A model generated the notes under the pieces. The model was given only the letters and a program-made list of their open reading frames with translations, ran no database searches and was not told the origin of the DNA. A DNA stretch of 32,000 nucleotides from assembly GCF_000017305.1 (NCBI RefSeq), contig NC_009664.2, forward strand, positions 2,610,001-2,642,000, read 5' to 3'. The stretch's first letter is position 1. Each line of letters starts with the position of its first letter. Shown one piece after another: positions 16,578-24,151 of the stretch. Source of the stretch: Kineococcus radiotolerans SRS30216 = ATCC BAA-149. GTDB lineage: Bacteria > Actinomycetota > Actinomycetes > Actinomycetales > Kineococcaceae. A program made the position numbers and the translations under genes.

Positions 16578-16618
16578 CCGGCGGTCCCGTCCCGGGTCGT
16601 GCGGGACGGGACCGCCGG
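16578..16618 (-). terminator. Strong hairpin terminator just downstream of the PI-PLC-like gene and upstream of the clpP promoter region
   Basis: CCGGCGGTCCCGTCCC(G) / loop / (C)GGGACGGGACCGCCGG forms a perfect 16-17-bp stem. It lies 7 nt after the stop codon at 16625-16627. There is no U-tract (an I-shaped terminator, common in actinobacteria). Confidence 0.6.
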
Positions 16619-16624
16619 GCCTTC

Positions 16625-17560
16625 TCAGGCCTGCGAGCGGGCGAGCAGGAAGTCGCGCAGGCCGTCGAGGTCGTCGGTGTTGATCTGGTCGACCTGGGCG
16701 GCCACGAGTTCGCTCCAGACGGCGTCGCGCGCGGGCCCGGGGGCGTCGGGGGTGTTCCAGAACCGCACCTCGCGCCCGGCCAGGTGGGCGGCGGTGACGA
16801 AGTCCACGAGCTTCGCGCGTTCCGCGGCGGGCATCTCGCCCTCGCCCCTCCAGGAGAACTGGTTCGCCCAGTTGTCGCTCACCAGGGGCATGAAGTCCGG
16901 GTCGGACCCGTTGAAGAGGTCCCCGGACCGGCCGTCGTAGGCGGACCAGCGCAGGTGGTCGCGGGCCATGAGGTCGACGGGGCGGTTGCCGGAGACGACG
17001 GCCGTCACCGCGCGCGGGGTGGCGTCGTAGCCGGCGTCGGTCATGGTGAACGAGGTCATGGTCGTGGGGTACTGGGCCAGGACGTCCTCGATCGCCAGCC
17101 ACGTCGCGACGGCGTCGCCCTTGATGTCGATGAGGAGCTGGACGGGTTCCCCGTCGCCGTAGAGGCTGCCGCCGCCGGCCTCGGCGAGGTCCTCCAGGGG
17201 TTCCAGGTAGAGCGACTGCAGGGTGCGCGCGGGGTCGAGGTCCTCGGGGTCGTGGGCGACGAGGAGCTGCCCGTCGACGAGGTACACGTCGGCCTCGACG
17301 CTGGTGAAACCCCGCTCGACCGCGTCGAGCAGCGGGCGCTCGTGCTCGTAGTCGTTGTGCGCGTGGGCCTGCGGCAGCGGCTGGGCCACCACCGGGCCCG
17401 CGGCGGGAGCGGCGGGGCTCGTGGCGGCGCCGAGGACGACGGGGTCCGCCGCGACCGGGCGGGTCCCGGCGACGGCGCTGCCCGCGCTCAGCGGGACGAG
17501 GAGGGCGGCGCCGGCCAGGGCGACCGGGACGAGGGCGTGGCGGGGGCGGGGGGTTCGCAT
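16625..17560 (-). CDS. Secreted PI-PLC-like / glycerophosphodiester-phosphodiesterase-superfamily protein (AIM6-like, AHNDYEH motif)
   Basis: ORF track 311 aa. ATG 17560 is preceded by AGGAGAG. The signal-peptide-like N-terminus reads MRTPRPRHALVPVALAGAALLVPLSAGSAVAG. AHAHNDYEHERPLLDAVERGFTSVEADVYL resembles the Ca-dependent PI-PLC-like (PLC-like phosphodiesterase TIM barrel) family. Confidence 0.72.
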   Translation of the reverse strand: MRTPRPRHALVPVALAGAALLVPLSAGSAVAGTRPVAADPVVLGAATSPAAPAAGPVVAQPLPQAHAHNDYEHERPLLDAVERGFTSVEADVYLVDGQLLVAHDPEDLDPARTLQSLYLEPLEDLAEAGGGSLYGDGEPVQLLIDIKGDAVATWLAIEDVLAQYPTTMTSFTMTDAGYDATPRAVTAVVSGNRPVDLMARDHLRWSAYDGRSGDLFNGSDPDFMPLVSDNWANQFSWRGEGEMPAAERAKLVDFVTAAHLAGREVRFWNTPDAPGPARDAVWSELVAAQVDQINTDDLDGLRDFLLARSQA

Positions 17561-17666
17561 CGGGTTCTCTCCTGGGGCTCGGTGATCCCGGCGAACCTAG
17601 GGAGCCCGCCCGACGCGCACCCCAACCCCCGGCGACGTCCCCGGGAGTTCCCGGTGAACCGCCTGT

Positions 17667-17690
17667 GCGCGGGTCGGGGCGCGGGTCGGG
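17667..17690. repeat. Tandem duplication of a 12-nt unit, GCGCGGGTCGGG x2 (plus a partial third, GCGCC)
   Basis: Read directly. It lies in the gap between the MFS stop (17698) and the PI-PLC-like start (17560). Confidence 0.6.
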
Positions 17691-17697
17691 GCGCCGG

Positions 17698-19257
17698 TCA
17701 GTGCGCGATGACCGGTGCCGCGTCCGGGTCGGCCACCGGGGCGCCGGGGCGCAGCAGCAGGAGGGTGACGACGGCGCCGGCGGCGAAGAAGCCCGCCGAC
17801 CACCAGAACGCGGTGTGGTAGCTGGCGACGGCGGCCTGCGCGGCGTCGGCCGCGGTGGGGGCGCCGGCGACGTGCCCGGCGATCCAGTCCGCGGCGGCGC
17901 TGCCGGCGAAGGCCGACAGCAGGGCGGTGCCGATGGAGCCGCCGATCTGCTGGGCGGTGTTGGCCACGGCCGAACCCACCCCGGCGTCGGAGGCCCGCAC
18001 GCCGAGGGTCGCGGTCGCCATGGCCGAGGCGAAGACGAAGCCGAGCCCGAGGCCGGTGACGAGCAGACCGGGCAAGATCGCGCCGGCGTAGGCGGAGTCG
18101 ACGTCGATGCGGGTCAGCCAGGCCATGCCGAGCGCGGCGAGCAGCAGTCCGGTGGGGGTGAGGGGCTTGGGGCCCACGCGGGGCATGAGCACCGAGCCCA
18201 CGACCCCGGCGGCGACGGAGATCGCGGCGATCATCGGCAGGAAGCCGAGCCCGGTCTGGACCGGGGAGTACCCCAGCGTGGAGGTCATGTAGTAGGTGAG
18301 GAAGAGGAAGATGCCGAACATCCCGGCCCCCACGACGGCGATGCCGATGAGCGCGCCCCCGCGGTCGCGGTCGAGGACGACGCGCAGCGGCAGCAGCGGG
18401 TGCGCGGCGCGGGACTGCCACCAGCAGAACACCGCGAGCAGCACGACGCCGGCGGTGAGGAAGCCCCAGGTGGTGGCGGCGGACCAGCCGTCGGACTCCG
18501 CCCCGGCGAGGCCGTAGACGACGCCGACGAGGCCCAGGACCGCGAGGACCGTCCCGGCCCAGTCGAGGACGGGGCGCTCGGGGGAGCGCTCGTGCTTCAG
18601 CAGCAGCGCCCCCGCGACGACGGCGACGACGGCGAGCACGACGTTGATGTAGAGGCACCAGCGCCAGGACAGGTGCTCGGTGAGGACGCCGCCGAGGAGG
18701 AGGCCGATGCCGCCGCCGGCGCCGGAGACGCCGCCGAAGATGCCGAACGCCTTGGTGCGCGCGGCGGGGTCGGTGAAGGTGGTGGTCAGCAGGGACAGCG
18801 CGGCCGGGGCGAGCAGCGCCCCGGAGACGCCCTGGAGCGCGCGGGCGGCGATGAGGACCTCGAAGCTCTGGGCGGCGCCGCCGAGGGCGGAGGCCAGGCC
18901 GAACCCGACGAGGCCGACGAGGAACGTCGGCTTGCGCCCGACGAGGTCGGAGAGCCGCCCGCCGAGCAGGAGCAGGCTGCCGAAGGCGAGCGCGTAGGAG
19001 GTGACGACCCACTGGCGGTTCTCGTCGGAGAAGCCGAGCGCGCCCTGGGCGGTGGGCAGCGCGATGTTCACGATGGTGGCGTCGAGGACGACCATCAGCT
19101 GGGCCAGCGACAGCACCGCGAGCACGACCCACTGCGCCCGGGGGGCGGGAGCGGCGTGCACCCCCTCGGGCGAGGTGCGCGGACGCGGCGGGCCGGTCCG
19201 CGCCGGGGCCGGGGTGGCCGCGGGCGCGAGGTGCCGGCCCGGTTCGGTGCTGCTCAT
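17698..19257 (-). CDS. MFS transporter, DHA2 (EmrB/QacA-like, 14-TMS) drug:H+ antiporter family
   Basis: ORF track 519 aa. ATG 19257 is preceded by GGAGGGGA. LAQLMVVLDATIVNIALP and GRLSDLVGRKP are typical DHA2 motifs. About 14 hydrophobic segments are present. Confidence 0.9.
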   Translation of the reverse strand: MSSTEPGRHLAPAATPAPARTGPPRPRTSPEGVHAAPAPRAQWVVLAVLSLAQLMVVLDATIVNIALPTAQGALGFSDENRQWVVTSYALAFGSLLLLGGRLSDLVGRKPTFLVGLVGFGLASALGGAAQSFEVLIAARALQGVSGALLAPAALSLLTTTFTDPAARTKAFGIFGGVSGAGGGIGLLLGGVLTEHLSWRWCLYINVVLAVVAVVAGALLLKHERSPERPVLDWAGTVLAVLGLVGVVYGLAGAESDGWSAATTWGFLTAGVVLLAVFCWWQSRAAHPLLPLRVVLDRDRGGALIGIAVVGAGMFGIFLFLTYYMTSTLGYSPVQTGLGFLPMIAAISVAAGVVGSVLMPRVGPKPLTPTGLLLAALGMAWLTRIDVDSAYAGAILPGLLVTGLGLGFVFASAMATATLGVRASDAGVGSAVANTAQQIGGSIGTALLSAFAGSAAADWIAGHVAGAPTAADAAQAAVASYHTAFWWSAGFFAAGAVVTLLLLRPGAPVADPDAAPVIAH

Positions 19258-19276
19258 CCTGGGGTCCCCTCCACTC

Positions 19277-19297
19277 AGCGGAGACGTCTTCTCCGCT
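19277..19297. promoter_or_regulatory. Inverted repeat AGCGGAGA-cgtct-TCTCCGCT (contains the palindrome AGACGTCT); candidate TetR operator
   Basis: Read directly in the 98-nt divergent MFS/TetR intergenic region, just upstream of the MFS ribosome-binding site. Confidence 0.45.
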
Positions 19298-19312
19298 TTC
19301 CCAGGGTAACAG

Positions 19313-19339
19313 CGAAGAGGAGGGGGTACCTCCGCTTCG
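19313..19339. promoter_or_regulatory. Second, imperfect inverted repeat CGAAGAGGAG-N7-CTCCGCTTCG (9/10) sharing the CTCCGCT motif with the first; candidate TetR operator
   Basis: Read directly. It lies immediately upstream of the TAGGGT -10-like box of the tetR gene. Confidence 0.4.
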
Positions 19340-19343
19340 GGCG

Positions 19344-19349
19344 TAGGGT
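19344..19349 (+). promoter_or_regulatory. -10-like hexamer TAGGGT (TANNNT) 6 nt upstream of the tetR GTG start; suggests a leaderless mRNA
   Basis: TAGGGT-gggccc-GTG, with no SD between box and start. TANNNT followed by 6-7 nt is the usual actinobacterial geometry for leaderless genes. Confidence 0.4.
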
Positions 19350-19355
19350 GGGCCC

Positions 19356-20027
19356 GTGAGCACCCAGGACACCCCGGGCGCGCCGGCGCCGCGGCCGCTG
19401 CGGCGCGACGCCGAGCGCAACCTGCGGCGGATCCTCGCGGCCGCGGTCGAGGTCTTCGCCGCCCGCGGGCTGTCGGCGACGCTCGACGACGTCGCCCACC
19501 ACGCCGGCCTCGGGGTCGCCACCGTGTACCGGCGCTTCGCCGACAAGGACGCCCTCGTCGACGCCCTCTTCGAGGACCGGATCCGCGACCTCGTCGACCT
19601 CGCCGAGACCGCCTGCGCCGCAGCGGACCCCTGGGAGGGCTTCGCGGGCTACCTGCAGGCCGCCAGCGCCCGGATGGCCGCCGACCGGGGCCTGCGCGAC
19701 GCCGTGCTGTCCCCCCGCCACGGCCACGTCGGGGTCGTCCTCGCCCGCGCCGAGCTGGGCCCCCGCGTCGAGCGCCTCACCCGGCGCTGCCGGGAGTCCG
19801 GGCAGCTGCGCCCCGACGTGTCGGGCACCGACGTCGCCACCCTGCTGCACGCCGTGCAGGCCGCCGCCGAGATCGGCGGCACCGTGAGCCCCGAGCACTG
19901 GCGCCGGACGCTGGGCCTGCTGCTGGACGGGCTCGCCCCCGCCCGCACCGGGCACCGCCCGCTGCCGGGGGCCGCGCTGTCGGAGGAGGAGTTCCACGAG
20001 GCGATGGACCGGCGCGGGCACCGCTGA
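19356..20027 (+). CDS. TetR/AcrR-family transcriptional regulator
   Basis: ORF track 223 aa. The N-terminal HTH reads RRILAAAVEVFAARGLSATLDDVAHHAGLGVATVYRRFADKDALV. It is divergent from the DHA2 pump. Confidence 0.9.
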   Translation: MSTQDTPGAPAPRPLRRDAERNLRRILAAAVEVFAARGLSATLDDVAHHAGLGVATVYRRFADKDALVDALFEDRIRDLVDLAETACAAADPWEGFAGYLQAASARMAADRGLRDAVLSPRHGHVGVVLARAELGPRVERLTRRCRESGQLRPDVSGTDVATLLHAVQAAAEIGGTVSPEHWRRTLGLLLDGLAPARTGHRPLPGAALSEEEFHEAMDRRGHR

Positions 20028-20039
20028 GGACGGGCCGGC

Positions 20040-20798
20040 TCAGGCCTTCCAGCCGCCGTCGGAGCACAGCAGCTGACCGTTGATCCAGCCGCCCTGCTCG
20101 CCCAGCAGGAACGACACGAGGTTCGCGGTGTCCTGCGGCGTCCCGCCCCGGCCCAGCGGGTTGCGCTCCAGCAGGTCGCGCCGCAGCTCGTCGTCCATCC
20201 AGCCGGTGTCGACCGGCCCGGGGTTGACGACGTTGGCGGTCAGGCGCAGGTCCTGCAGCTCCCGCGCCGCGGCCAGCACGATCCGGTCCAGGGCCCCCTT
20301 GCTGGCGCCGTAGGGCAGGTTGTGGACGGTGTGGTCGCTGGTGAGGGCCACGATCCGCCCCGTCCCGGGCGCCCCGCGGAACCGGCGCGCGAACTCCGCG
20401 ATCAGCAGCCACGCCGCCCGCGCGTTCACCGCGAAGTGCCGGTCGAAGCTCTCGACCGTGGTGTCCAGGATCGAGGAGTCCACCGACTCCGCGTGGGCCA
20501 TCACCAGCGCCGTCACCGGGCCGAGGGCGGACTCCACCGCCTCGAGCAGCTCCGCCGGCGCCTCGGGGCGGGAGAGGTCCGCGGGCACGGCGACGGTGGC
20601 GGCGCCGGCCGCGCGCAGCTCCGCGTGGACCTCGTCCGGGTCGTGCTCCCGGCGCCCCCACGGCATCCGGTCGTCGTAGGGGGTCCAGTGGCTGGTCGCC
20701 ACGTCCCAGCCGTCGCGGGCCAGCCGCGCCGCGATCCCCGCCCCGATCCCCACCCGCCGTCCGACACCCGTCACGAGAACCACCGGTCGCTGCGCCAC
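20040..20798 (-). CDS. Short-chain dehydrogenase/reductase (SDR) family oxidoreductase
   Basis: ORF track 252 aa. The Rossmann motif VVLVTGVGRRVGIGAGIA and the catalytic YGASKGAL are present, along with NVVNPGPVDTGW. Confidence 0.88.
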   Translation of the reverse strand: MAQRPVVLVTGVGRRVGIGAGIAARLARDGWDVATSHWTPYDDRMPWGRREHDPDEVHAELRAAGAATVAVPADLSRPEAPAELLEAVESALGPVTALVMAHAESVDSSILDTTVESFDRHFAVNARAAWLLIAEFARRFRGAPGTGRIVALTSDHTVHNLPYGASKGALDRIVLAAARELQDLRLTANVVNPGPVDTGWMDDELRRDLLERNPLGRGGTPQDTANLVSFLLGEQGGWINGQLLCSDGGWKA

Positions 20799-20860
20799 CC
20801 GGCCACTGTGGCGGGAACCCCCCGGGGGTGCGCAACGGGGTTCCGCGGCAGGATCGCGGC

Positions 20861-22582
20861 GTGAGTCGCGTGCGGGCCCCCCGTCTCGTCGGGCGCTGGG
20901 TCGGGCCCGCCCCGGACCTCGCGGGCGTCCCGGTGCTGCTGGACTTCTGGACGGGGTCCTGCGTGAACTGCGTCCACGTCCTGGCCGAGCTGCGCGAGCA
21001 CGTGCCCCCCGGCCTGCTCGTCGTCGGCGTCCACTCGCCCAAGTTCCCGCACGAGGCCTCCCCCGGGGCCGTCGAGGCGGCCGTCGCCCGGCTCGAGGTC
21101 GACCACCCCGTCCTCGACGACGCCGACCGCACCACCTGGTCCGCCTACGCCGTGAAGGCGTGGCCGACGCTCGTCCTCGTCGACGCCGGCGGCTACGTCG
21201 TGGCGACCCGGTCGGGGGAGGGGCACGTCGCCGAGCTCGTCGCCCTCGCCGCGGACCTGCCCGCCCGCCCCGCCCCGCCGGCCGCCGTCCCCGCCGGCGA
21301 CGGGCCGCTGCGCTTCCCCGCCCGCCTCGCCCGCACCGCGGCGGGGGAGCTCCTCGTCGTCGACGCCGGGCACCACCGCCTCCTCGTCGGGGACCGCCCG
21401 ATCGGTTCCGGCGCCCGCGGTCGCACCGACGGCCCCGCCCCGTCCTTCGCCGCCCCGCAGGGGGTCGCGGTCCTGCCCCCGGACCTCGCGGCCGCGCTGG
21501 GGTACGACCTCGTCGTCGCCGACACGGGCAACCACCTGCTGCGCGGGGTCCGCTCCGCCGACGGCCGCACCACGACGATCGCCGGGACCGGCGCCCCCGC
21601 CCGCGGGCGCAGCGGCGGTGGCCCCGCCCTCGCCACCGCCCTCTCCAGCCCCTGGGACGTCGCGTGGTGGCCCGCGTTCGGGGAGCTCCTCGTCGCCGTG
21701 GCCGGGACGCACCAGCTGTGGGCGTTCGACCCCGTCGCCGCCACGGTGCGGGTGGTCGCCGGCACCACCGCCGAGGGGCTGCTCGACGGGCCGGCCGAGC
21801 GGGCGTGGCTGGCGCAGCCCTCGGGCCTGGCCGTCGACGGGGATCGGCTGTGGTTCGTCGACGCCGAGACCTCCAGCCTGCGCTCGCTGCGGTTCCCCGG
21901 CGACCCCGCGCGCCTGGACCGCTCCGTCCCGCGCACCGACGACCCCCGGATGGCCAACGTCGACCCCGTCGCCCGCCCCGGGGGGATCGTGGAGACGGCC
22001 GTGGGGGAGGGGTTGTTCGAGTTCGGGGCGCAGGACGGCGAGGCCGCCGGGGCCCGGTTCCAGCACCCCCTGGGCCTGGCCGTCGACGGCGGGACGGTGC
22101 TCGTCGCGGACAGCTTCAACGGCTCGCTGCGCCGCTACGACCCCGTCGCCGGCACCGTCGAGACCCTGCTCGACGGTCTGGCCGAACCCGTCGACGTGCT
22201 GCGCGAGGGCGAGGACCTGCTCGTCGTGGAGTCCGCCGCGCACCGCGTCGGCCGCTGGCGGGTGCCGGTCCCGGACCGCCGGGTGCTGCCCGCGGCGCGG
22301 GTGCGCCCGGGCGCGGTCCTGCGCGTGGAGTTCACCCCGCGGCCCGGCCGCCACGTCGACGACCGCTGGGGCAGCCCGTACCGGGTGCAGGTCCAGGGTG
22401 AAGCGGGGGAGGACCTCGTGCGCCCGCTGCCGGTGCCGGACGCGGAGGTGCTGCGCGTCGTCGTGCGGGTCGCGACCTGCGACGACGCGGCGGGGACGTG
22501 CGCGCTGGAGGAGTTCACCCGGCTGGTGCCGCTGACCGGCGCCGGGGACGGGGAGGCGGAACTGGTGCTCCACCTCCCCTGA
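20861..22582 (+). CDS. Thioredoxin-like domain + NHL-repeat beta-propeller protein (NHLRC2-like)
   Basis: In frame with ORF 20828..22582. GTG 20861 is preceded by AGGA and gives VSRVRAPRL..., matching the usual N-terminus of this family as I recall it. Redoxin signatures are VLLDFWTGSCVNCVHVL (CxxC) and VVGVHSPKFPHE. Repeated NHL-like blades follow (LRFPARLA..., FAAPQGVAV..., LSSPWDVAW..., LAQPSGLAV..., FQHPLGLAV...). Confidence 0.85.
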   Translation: MSRVRAPRLVGRWVGPAPDLAGVPVLLDFWTGSCVNCVHVLAELREHVPPGLLVVGVHSPKFPHEASPGAVEAAVARLEVDHPVLDDADRTTWSAYAVKAWPTLVLVDAGGYVVATRSGEGHVAELVALAADLPARPAPPAAVPAGDGPLRFPARLARTAAGELLVVDAGHHRLLVGDRPIGSGARGRTDGPAPSFAAPQGVAVLPPDLAAALGYDLVVADTGNHLLRGVRSADGRTTTIAGTGAPARGRSGGGPALATALSSPWDVAWWPAFGELLVAVAGTHQLWAFDPVAATVRVVAGTTAEGLLDGPAERAWLAQPSGLAVDGDRLWFVDAETSSLRSLRFPGDPARLDRSVPRTDDPRMANVDPVARPGGIVETAVGEGLFEFGAQDGEAAGARFQHPLGLAVDGGTVLVADSFNGSLRRYDPVAGTVETLLDGLAEPVDVLREGEDLLVVESAAHRVGRWRVPVPDRRVLPAARVRPGAVLRVEFTPRPGRHVDDRWGSPYRVQVQGEAGEDLVRPLPVPDAEVLRVVVRVATCDDAAGTCALEEFTRLVPLTGAGDGEAELVLHLP

Positions 22583-22585
22583 GGG

Positions 22586-22831
22586 TCACTGGCGGTAGTG
22601 CTCGACCTCGTCCACGGGGCGTTCCTGCGCCTCGTCGGGGTTCTCCCCGGCGTTGCGGCGGGCCTCGCGCTGGCGCAGCAGGTCCCAGGCCTGGTCGAGG
22701 GCCTCCTCGGCGGCCTTCAGCTTCGCGTGCTCCTCGGACGCGGACAGCTCGCCGTCCTGCAGCGCCTGCCGCAGCCGGTGCTCCTCCTCGACGAGCTCGT
22801 TGATGTGCTGGTGGATGGTCTTGTCGTCCAT
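22586..22831 (-). CDS. DUF2630-family small protein
   Basis: In frame with ORF 22586..22924. ATG 22831 is preceded by GGAGGA. MDDKTIHQHINELVEEEHRLR...LDQAWDLLRQREARRNAGENPDEA matches the DUF2630 pattern as I remember it. Confidence 0.75.
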   Translation of the reverse strand: MDDKTIHQHINELVEEEHRLRQALQDGELSASEEHAKLKAAEEALDQAWDLLRQREARRNAGENPDEAQERPVDEVEHYRQ

Positions 22832-22918
22832 GGGCCGATCCTCCCCTCCCCGCCGACCCGGTGCCCACCGGGTCCGCGCGGGCCCCGGCGACTCCCCCCG
22901 CGTGCGGGGGAGGAGCAC

Positions 22919-22924
22919 TAGCAT
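22919..22924 (+). promoter_or_regulatory. -10-like hexamer TAGCAT 6 nt upstream of the marR GTG start; suggests a leaderless mRNA
   Basis: TAGCAT-ccacgc-GTG. The only SD-like string (GGAGGAG, 22909-22915) is 15 nt from the start, which is too far. Confidence 0.4.
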
Positions 22925-22930
22925 CCACGC

Positions 22931-23410
22931 GTGCAGTCACCTGATCAGCTGGTCGACGAGGACGTCGAGGCCGTGCTCGCCGGGTCCCGGGCGGTGGTGG
23001 GCCTCAGCGTGCGCTCGCTGGCGGACGCGATGGAGTCGCTGACGCTGCAGCAGTACCGCGTGCTCGTCCTCATCTGCTCGCGGGGGCCGCTGCGCAGCGG
23101 GGCCCTGGCCGCCGCCATCGGGGTCCACCCCTCCACGTTCACCCGCGCCGTGGACCGGCTGGCCGCGGCCGGCTGGGTCACCCGCCAGGACAACCCCGAC
23201 ACCCGCCGCGAGGTCCTCGTGGCCCCCACCGAGAAGGCCCGGGTGCTGGTGGAGCAGGTCCTGGCCCGGCGCCGCACCGAGTTCGAGGCCGTCCTGGGCC
23301 GCATGAGCCTCGACGACCGGGCCAGCGTGCGGGAGGGCTTCTCCCGCTTCGCCGCGGCCGCCGGGGACGTCGACGTCCCCGAGGCCACGGTGCTGGGCTA
23401 CGGGAGCTGA
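22931..23410 (+). CDS. MarR-family transcriptional regulator
   Basis: ORF track 159 aa. The wHTH reads LTLQQYRVLVLICSRGPLRSGALAAAIGVHPSTFTRAVDRLAAAGWVTRQDNPDTRREVLV. Confidence 0.88.
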   Translation: MQSPDQLVDEDVEAVLAGSRAVVGLSVRSLADAMESLTLQQYRVLVLICSRGPLRSGALAAAIGVHPSTFTRAVDRLAAAGWVTRQDNPDTRREVLVAPTEKARVLVEQVLARRRTEFEAVLGRMSLDDRASVREGFSRFAAAAGDVDVPEATVLGYGS

Positions 23411-24108
23411 CGCTCCGCCGGGTCCGCGCGCCGGACGTCGACGACGCCGGTGCCGTCGCCGGGGCCGTCGCCGCGCGCCTTGGTCTGGCGGCGCACGTGG
23501 TGGCGCCGGCAGAGCACCTCGTACTCGACCGTGCCGACGTCGCCGACGTCGAGGGTCCCCTCGGGCTGCCCCCCGCCCGCGCCGCCCACGTCGCCCACCA
23601 CGACCTGCTCGCCCGCCACGACCATCACCCCGTCGACGGTGCGGGCGTTGTGGGTCGCGCGCCGTCCGCACCAGCACAGGGCCTCGACCTGGGGGACCTG
23701 CACCCGGTCGGCGAGCTCGACGAGGCGGGCCGAGCCGGGGAAGAGCCGGGTGCGGAAGTCGGCGGTGATGCCGAAGGCGAACACGTCGATCCCGAGGTCG
23801 TCGACGAGGCGGGCGAGCTGCTCGACTTGCTCGGGGTCGTAGAACTGGGCCTCGTCGCACACCACGTAGTCCAGGGGCTCCTGCGCGTGGCGCCGGCTGA
23901 CCTCCGCCCACAGGTCGGTGGTGTCGCCGACCTCCAGCGCGGGGCGGGCGAGCCCGAGGCGGCTGGAGATCGTGGCCGCCCCGGACCGGTCGAAGCGGGT
24001 GAAGAGCAGACCCCGCCGGCCCTGGACGCGGTGGTTGTGGTCGGTCTGCAGCGCGAGGGTCGACTTCCCGCAGTCCATCGTCCCGGAGAAGAACACCAGT
24101 TCAGCCAC
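23398..24108 (-). CDS. tdk: Thymidine kinase
   Basis: ORF track 236 aa. GTG 24108 is preceded by AGGATGG. P-loop FFSGTMDCGKST, VVCDEAQF, and the Zn-ribbon cysteines EALCWCG...EVLCRRHH are present. Its 3-prime end overlaps the convergent marR by 13 nt. Confidence 0.93.
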   Translation of the reverse strand: MAELVFFSGTMDCGKSTLALQTDHNHRVQGRRGLLFTRFDRSGAATISSRLGLARPALEVGDTTDLWAEVSRRHAQEPLDYVVCDEAQFYDPEQVEQLARLVDDLGIDVFAFGITADFRTRLFPGSARLVELADRVQVPQVEALCWCGRRATHNARTVDGVMVVAGEQVVVGDVGGAGGGQPEGTLDVGDVGTVEYEVLCRRHHVRRQTKARGDGPGDGTGVVDVRRADPAERQLP

Positions 24109-24127
24109 GGGGGGCCATCCTGCCGCA

Positions 24128-24148
24128 CCCCGCGCCGGCCCCGCGGGG
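24128..24148 (-). terminator. Candidate hairpin between the MFS gene and tdk
   Basis: CCCCGCG / ccggccc / CGCGGGG forms a 7-bp G/C stem, 4 nt after the MFS stop codon (24152-24154). Confidence 0.35.
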
Positions 24149-24151
24149 GCG

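Noticed and set aside
16458-17102. The N-terminal 215 codons of the 420-aa ORF 15840..17102(-), which would extend ClpP1
   Set aside because: The extension is Arg/Pro/Gly junk that overlaps the PI-PLC-like gene and crosses a 16-bp terminator hairpin. ATG 16457 with a GAGGAGG SD gives a normal-length ClpP.
17597-19546. ORFs 17597..19546(-), 649 aa, and 17665..19359(+), 564 aa
   Set aside because: Off-frame and antisense shadows of the DHA2 MFS gene. Only frame 17698..19257(-) gives 14 hydrophobic helices and MFS motifs.
20771-22573. ORFs 20771..22573(-), 21160..22401(+), 21193..22119(-) and 21618..22535(+), overlapping the Trx-NHL gene
   Set aside because: All are Arg/Pro/Gly-rich. Only 20828/20861..22582(+) has the CxxC redoxin domain and NHL blades.
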